DNA of 64,000 nucleotides from the human T2T-CHM13v2.0 reference genome, Homo sapiens, in NCBI RefSeq assembly GCF_009914755.1, contig NC_060927.1; one strand, 5' to 3'. The notes under the pieces are model-generated. The model was given only the letters and a program-made list of their open reading frames with translations, had not been told where the DNA came from and made no database searches. Below are positions 57,732 through 64,000 of this stretch, piece after piece. A program made the translations under genes and the position numbers. Numbering within the stretch: the first letter of the stretch is position 1; each line of letters starts with the position of its first letter.

Positions 57732-60015
57732 TGATATGGTTTGGCTGTGCCCTCACCCAAATCTCATCTTGAATTCCAGTGTATTATGGGAGGGACCCAG
57801 TGGGAGGTAACTGAATCATGGGGGTATGTCTTTCCCATGCTGTTCTCATGACAGTGAATAAGTTTTACAAGATCTGATGGTTTTAAAAAGAGGTGTTCCC
57901 CTGCACAAGCTCTCTCTCATTCTCTCTTTGCCTGCTGCCATCCAAGTAAGACGGGACTTGCTCCTCCTTGCCTTCTGCCATGATTGTGAGGCTTCCCCAG
58001 CCACGTGGAACTGTAAATCCAATTGAACCTCTTTCTTTTATAAATTGCCCAGTCTCAGGTATATCTTTAGCAGCAGCATGAAAACAGGCTAATACAATAA
58101 ATTGGTACCAGTAGAGTGGGTGTTGCTGAAAAGATACCCAAAAATGTGGAAGTGATGTTGGAACTAGGTAACAGGCAGAGGTTGGAACAGTTTGGAGGGC
58201 TCAGAAGAAGACAGGAAAATGTGGGAAAGTTTGGAATTTCCTAAAGACTTGTTGAATGGCTTTGCCCAAAATGCTGATAGCGATAAGGACAATAAAGTCC
58301 AGGTTGAGGTGGTCTCAGATGGAGATGAAGAACTTGTCAGGAACTAGAGGAAAAGTTACTCTTGTTATGTTTTAGCAAAGAGAGTGGCAGCATTTTGCCC
58401 TGCCCTAGAAATTTGTGGAACTTCAAACTTGAGAGAGATGATTTAGTGTATCTACTGGAAGAAATTTCTAAGAAGCAAAGCATTAAGGAGGTGACTTGGG
58501 TGTTCTTAAAGGCATTCAGGTTTAAAAGGGAAACAGCATAAACGTTTGGAAAACTTGTAGCCTGAAAATGAGATAGAAAAGAAAATCCCATTTTCTGAGG
58601 AAAAATTCAAGCCAGTTATAAAAATTTGCATAAGTAAAGAGGAACCGAATGTTAATCACCAAGACAATGGGAAAATGTCTCCAGGGCATGTCAGATACCT
58701 TTGTGGCAGCCCCTCCCATCACAGGCCTGGAGGTTTAGGAGGAAAAAATGGTTTCATGAGCTGGGCCCAGGGTCCCTCTGCTGTGTGCATCTAGGGACTT
58801 AGTGCCCTGCATCCTAACTGCTCCAGCCATGACTCAAGGGGCCAAAGTACAGCTGGGCTGTTGCTTCAGAGGGTTGAAGCCCCACGACTTGGCAGCTTCC
58901 ACATGATGTTGAGCCTGCAGGTGTACACAAGTCAAGAATTGAGGTTTGAGAACTTCTGCCTAGATTTCAGAGGAGGTATGGAAACACCTGGATGCCCAGG
59001 CAGAAGTTTGCTGCAGGGGCGGGGCCCTCATGGAGAATCTCTGCTAGGACAGTGAAGAAGGGAAATGTGGGGTTGGAGCCCCCACACAGAGTCTCTACTG
59101 GGGCACCACCTAGTGGAGCTATGAGAAGAGGACCTCAGAATGGTAGATCCACCAACAGCTTGCACCGTGCTGCTGGAAAAGCTGCAGACACTCAATGCCA
59201 GCCCATGAAAGCAGCTGAGAGGAGGGCTACACCCTGAAAAGCCACAGAGGAGGAGCTGCCCAAGGCTGTGGGAGCCCACCTCTTGCATCAGCATGACCTT
59301 GATGTGAGACATGGAGTCAAAGGATATCATTTTGGAGCTTTAAGATTTGACTGCCCCACTGAATTTAGGACTTGCATGGGGCATGTAGCCACTTTGTTTT
59401 GGCCAATTTCTCCCATTTGGAATGACTATATTTACCCAATGCATGTACCCCCATTGTATATAGGAAGTAACTAACTTGCTTTTGATTTTACAGGCTCATA
59501 GGCAGAAAGGACTTGCCTTGTCTCAGATGAGACAATGGACTGTGAACTTTTGAGTTAACGCTGAAATGAGTTAAGACTTTGGGAGACTATTGGGAAGGCA
59601 TGATTGGTTTTGAAATGTGAGGACATGAGAATTGCGGGGGAGCCAGAGGTGGAATGATATAGTTTGGCTGTTTCCTACCCATATCTCATCTTCAATTCCC
59701 ATGTAGTGTGGGAGGGACCCTGTGGGAGGTAATTGAATCATGAGGGCAGGTCTTTCCTATGCTGTTCTTGTGATAGTGAATAAGTCTCATGAGATCTGAT
59801 GGTTTTAAAAAGAGGCATTCCCTGCACAAGCTCTCTCATTCTCTCTTTGCCTGCTGCCATCAGTGTAAAATGGGACTTACTCATCCTTGCCTTCCACCAT
59901 GATTGTGAGGCTTCCTCAGCCACATGGAACTGTAAATCTAATTCATACTCTTTCTTTTGTAAATTGCCCATTCTCAGGTATGTCTTTATCAGCAGCATGA
60001 AAACAGACTAATACA
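57732..60015 (+). mobile_element. Full-length THE1A MaLR element (LTR 57732-58096, internal 58097-59654, LTR 59655-60015)
   Basis: Two LTRs flank a THE1 internal region; perfect 5-bp TSD GAGAC (57727-57731 and 60016-60020). Confidence 0.93.
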
Positions 60016-61146
60016 GAGACCTTAAAACTTGACTCTCAGTAATTGATAAAACAAGTAAACAAATAATCAGCAACTGGCTGGTATTTATGGAAAAAGTATG
60101 CCCAAAAGCATCAGAATACATATTTTTAGTACAATATGGAATATTCATCAAGTCAGATCATATTCTAGGACATAAAAAAAAAAACCTTAAAAACCTAAAA
60201 GGCATATCTGGCAGGTTCTTTATCTACAAAGGATTTACACTAAAAGTAAATAAAAGAATAGTATTTGGAAAAATCCAAACTATTGAAAAGTAAACAATAC
60301 ATTCCTAAATAATTCATGGCTCAAAGGAGAAATCATAAAAGTATTTTAGAATATGTTTTAATACAATGAAAATAAAAATAGAACATATCAAAATGTGTGA
60401 GACATATCTAAAGCAGTGACCAAGGGAAATTTACAAAAATAGATCCTTATATTCAAAAACAAGAAAGGTCCTAAGTCAAAAACTTAAGATTCCATATAAC
60501 TTAAAACTATATAAAGAAGAGCAAATTAAATCCAAAGCAAAAAATGGAAAAAAATAACATCAGCATGAAGCAATGAAAAAGAGAAAAATAATTAAAAACA
60601 ACTAATGAAACAAGTCTGCTCTTCAAAAGGCCAGTTAAATTGATAAATCTCCCCAAATTAATCAAGAACAAAAGAGAAAAAATATGTATTACCAATATTA
60701 ATAACAAAAAGGGAAACATCACTACAGATTATATTGATAATAAAAGGAAAAATGGTATATTATGAGCAACTTCATGCCAATAAGTTTGATAACTTATTTG
60801 AAAAATTCCTGAAAAACAAACTACCAAAGCTCATTCCAAAAGATACTGACAATATGAGTATCTCTATATCAAATAAATTAAAATTATACTTTAAAACCTT
60901 CCCACAATGAAAACCACATGTCTAAAGACTTCATTGCTGAATTTTTCCTAACATTTAAAGAAGAATTAATATAAATTCTACACAAAGTCTTCCAGAAAAA
61001 GGAATAGGAGGGAACATTTACTACCTCATTTTATGTGGCCAGCATTACTCTGATATGAAAACCAAAGACACTAAAAATAAAGAAAATTACAGACAGATAT
61101 CTCGCATAAAATAGATGCAAAAATCCTTTTAAACACTAGCAAATCA

Positions 61147-62188
61147 GTAAGAACTAAAACCACAAAAGTCTTAGAAAAAAGTATGGGGGTCAATCTTCAT
61201 GACTTTCGATTTAGCAATGAATTCTTAGATGTTACACCAAAACACAAGCAAAGAAACAAACCAAATAAGTAAACTGAACTTCATCAAAATTTAAAACTTT
61301 AAGTATCAAAGAATACTTTCAAGAGTAGAAAAACAACGGAGAAAATGGGAGAAAATATCTGGAAAATCTATATCTGATAAGGGTCTAGTATCCAGAATAC
61401 ATCAAAAACTCTTACAACTCAACAAAAGAAAAAAGGACAAACAACCCAACTTATAAAGGGCTTGAATAGATATTTCTCCAAAGAAGATACCAAATCGTCG
61501 AGAAGCATATGAAAAGATGCTCAACATCATCAGTCTTTAGGAAAATGCAAATCAAAACCACAATGAGATACCACTTCACACCCAAGAGGATGGCTGTAAG
61601 CAGGAAAACGTAAGTGTTGGCAAAGATATGGAGAAATTGGAAACTTCATACATTTCTGATGGGGATGTAAAATGGTGCAAAACAGATGTTCAAACAAAAA
61701 CTTATACACAAATGTTTATGGAGGAATTACTCAAAATAGCCAAAAGGTGAATACAACCCAAACGTCTATCAATGGATGAATGAATAAATAAAATGTGATA
61801 TATTCATACAATAAATTATCCAGTGATTGAAAAAAAATTGAGTACTGATACATGCTACAACATGAATGAACCTTAAAAACATGATGCTAAGTGAAAAAAG
61901 AAAAAAGATAGACAAAAAGGCCACATGTTGTACAATTCCATTTATATGAAATGACCAAGACAGGCAAATCCCTAGAGCAGAAAGCAAACTAGTGATCGCC
62001 AGGGCTAAGGAGAGGGAGGGGGAATGGGGAGTAGCAGTTTAAAGCATATGAGATTTCCCTTTGGGGTCATGAAGACAGTCTGGAACTAGACAGTCATGAT
62101 GGTTGTACAACATTGTGAATGTACTAAGTACCACTGAATTGAACACCTTAAAGTTGTTTTAAAAATGTGTATTTTACAACAATAAAAA
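61147..62188 (+). mobile_element. L1MB 3' end nested in an older L1
   Basis: 3'UTR motif ggttgtacaacattgtgaatgtac; flanking repeat AGCAAATCA. Confidence 0.75.
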
Positions 62189-62933
62189 AGCAAATCATTT
62201 CCAGCAGTATATAAAAATAATAATATGTAATGACCAAGTAAGGTTTATCCAAGGAATGCAGTTGATTTAATGTTAAAAATAGATCAATGTAACTCACCAA
62301 TATGACCATGTCAGTAGATGCAGAAAAAATATTTGACAAAATTCAACATCCATTCATAAGAAATAAAATTCTCAGAAAACTAGAAATAGAAGGAAATCTC
62401 TTCAACCTAATAAAAGGCACATACAGAAAACCTATAGCAAACATACACAACTATGAAGATCAAATGCATTCCCCCTAAGACTGGGAACAAAGCAGGAATA
62501 TTTGCTCTCACCACTTCCATTCAACATTGAACTAGAGGTCCTAGCCAGTGAAAATCAGGCAAGAAAAAGAAATAAAAAGCAAATAAACCTATTTCTATTT
62601 GCAGATTACATGGTCATTCATGTAGAAAATCCAAAACAAAGGCAGACAGTCTCAGAACCAGATAGACAAGCACAGAGGAGCTTCATCCAGCCTGGGGGCC
62701 TCAGCACTGTGACCAAAGACCAAACTGAGATGAGGAGAGGCCTTCCAAGAATAAATTTAGGAAAACAAGAAAAAGATATTTGTAAACACTGAGGACTTTT
62801 CTCAAAGAAAATGGAAAGGGGACAGTGATCCAAAAAATGATGGCTCTATCTGTTTCAGAGTTTCCCACCTAGTTTTTTTGACTCTCCAGATGGCTCCAGA
62901 GTTTGCAAGATAAACTTCAAAGAAAAATCACAG

Positions 62934-62940
<7 letters not shown>

Positions 62941-62990
<50 letters not shown>

Positions 62991-63060
62991 AAAAGAAAGA
63001 AAGAAAGAAAGAAAGAAAATAAGAAAGAAAGAAACAAAAACAAAGAAACAAAGAAAAAGA
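62941..63060. repeat. Compound (GA)n/(GAAA)n microsatellite
   Basis: Seen directly. Confidence 0.97.
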
Positions 63061-63549
63061 GATGGACTGAATAGATACCAAAATAACAGGTGTGATTGTC
63101 ACTAAATAAAAAGATTGTTGAGACTTCAGTTTTCTTCTTTTTGCTTTTCAGGTTTTCCCAAGTTTATTTTTATAATGACCCTGTTTACTCTTGCAATAAA
63201 CATTTGTCTTAAATGGAAAAAAAAGGTCAAAACACAAATGACAAATTAGGGAAAAGATGTGCAACAAGACAGATGCAGCTATTTTCTTCAATACATAAAG
63301 AGTTTTAAAAATCAATTAAGAAAAGGTTAAGAATCCAAAGGGTCACACGTTAACAGAAACACAGATTGCTTGTCATCATATGAAAATATGCTCAACCTCA
63401 CTAATAATTAAAGAAGCAAAAATTAAAATAATTCTGACTAGCAATTTTGAAAAGCTTTATGATTCAAAGTGTTAAGAGAGATTATGAGGGGAAGGCACAA
63501 CTTTTGATGTAAATGGCTATATTGTGAAAATATTGCAATAAAATACTAG

Positions 63550-64000
63550 TGTGTCCGGAATTGGTGGGTTCTTGGTCTCACTGACTTCAAGAATGAAGCT
63601 GCAGACCCTCACGGTGAGTGTTACAGCTCTTAAGGTGGCACATCTGGAGTTTGTTCCTTCTGATGTTTGGATGTGTTTGGAGTTTCTTCCTTCTGGTGGG
63701 TTCACGGTCTCGCTGGCTCAGGGGTAAAGCTGGCTCAGGAGTGAAGCTGCAGACCTTTGAGGTGAGTGTTACAGCTCTTAAGGCGGTGCCTCTGGAGTTC
63801 TTCGTTCCTCCCAGTGGGTTTGTGGTCTCGCTGGCTTCAGGAGTGAAGCTGCAGACCTTTGCGGTGAGTGTTACAGCTCATAAAGGCAGTGTGGACCCAA
63901 AGAGTGAGCAGCAGCAAGATTTATTGCAAAGAGCAAAAGAACAAAGTTTCCACAGGGTGGAAGGGGACCCGAGTGGGTTGCCACTACTGGCTCAGGCAGC
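63550..64000 (-). mobile_element. LTR12 (HERV9 LTR; LTR12C/D-like) R-U5 end, continuing past the window edge
   Basis: TGTGTCCGGAATTGGTGGGTTCTTGG terminus and tandem U5 repeats (gtgagtgttacagctc, three copies). Confidence 0.93.

Larger units (their letters stand above)
54180..62640 (+). mobile_element. Degenerate L1MC/L1MD-type sequence with nested insertions (MER3, Tigger3a, THE1A, L1MB)
   Basis: A-rich plus strand with ORF2 remnants (LSPLPFNIELEVLA, gatgcagaaaaaatatttgacaaaattcaacatcc). Confidence 0.75.

Noticed and set aside
58337-59474. ORFs in the THE1 internal region
   Set aside because: Fragmented remnants of the MaLR internal ORF with no intact frame.
63590-63880. Spaced direct repeats resembling a CRISPR array
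   Set aside because: These are the ordinary U5 tandem repeats of LTR12 in a eukaryotic context.

Overview
This is primate (most likely human) genomic DNA, AT-rich and mostly interspersed repeats. It holds the 3' half of TAFA4 (FAM19A4, a secreted chemokine-like neurokine) on the minus strand. Three coding exons (32272-32117, 18452-18328, 12395-12384) splice in frame to [13 protein letters not shown]...[11 protein letters not shown], carry the full 10-cysteine TAFA pattern, and are followed by a 3'UTR of about 1.2-1.4 kb. The promoter and signal-peptide exons lie beyond the right edge. The rest is intron and downstream intergenic DNA: L1s, Alus, L2/MIR, DNA transposons, solo LTRs, a full-length THE1A element and the 3' end of an LTR12. 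Nearly all other ORFs in the track are repeat fragments or chance ORFs. I found no evidence of a new multi-gene system. The best leads are: (1) a GC-AG last intron whose read-through ORF ends in a stop that overlaps AATAAA, suggesting an alternative TAFA4 C-terminus; (2) a cluster of locally templated insertions at 51.1-52.9 kb; (3) an Alu whose tail is micro-inverted between its TSDs; (4) LTR promoter candidates, namely an MLT2A2 with a perfect DUX4 motif and a sense-oriented LTR12; (5) a 10-nt miR-9 match in the 3'UTR. Repeat subfamily names come from my recall of consensus sequences and need RepeatMasker/Dfam confirmation.
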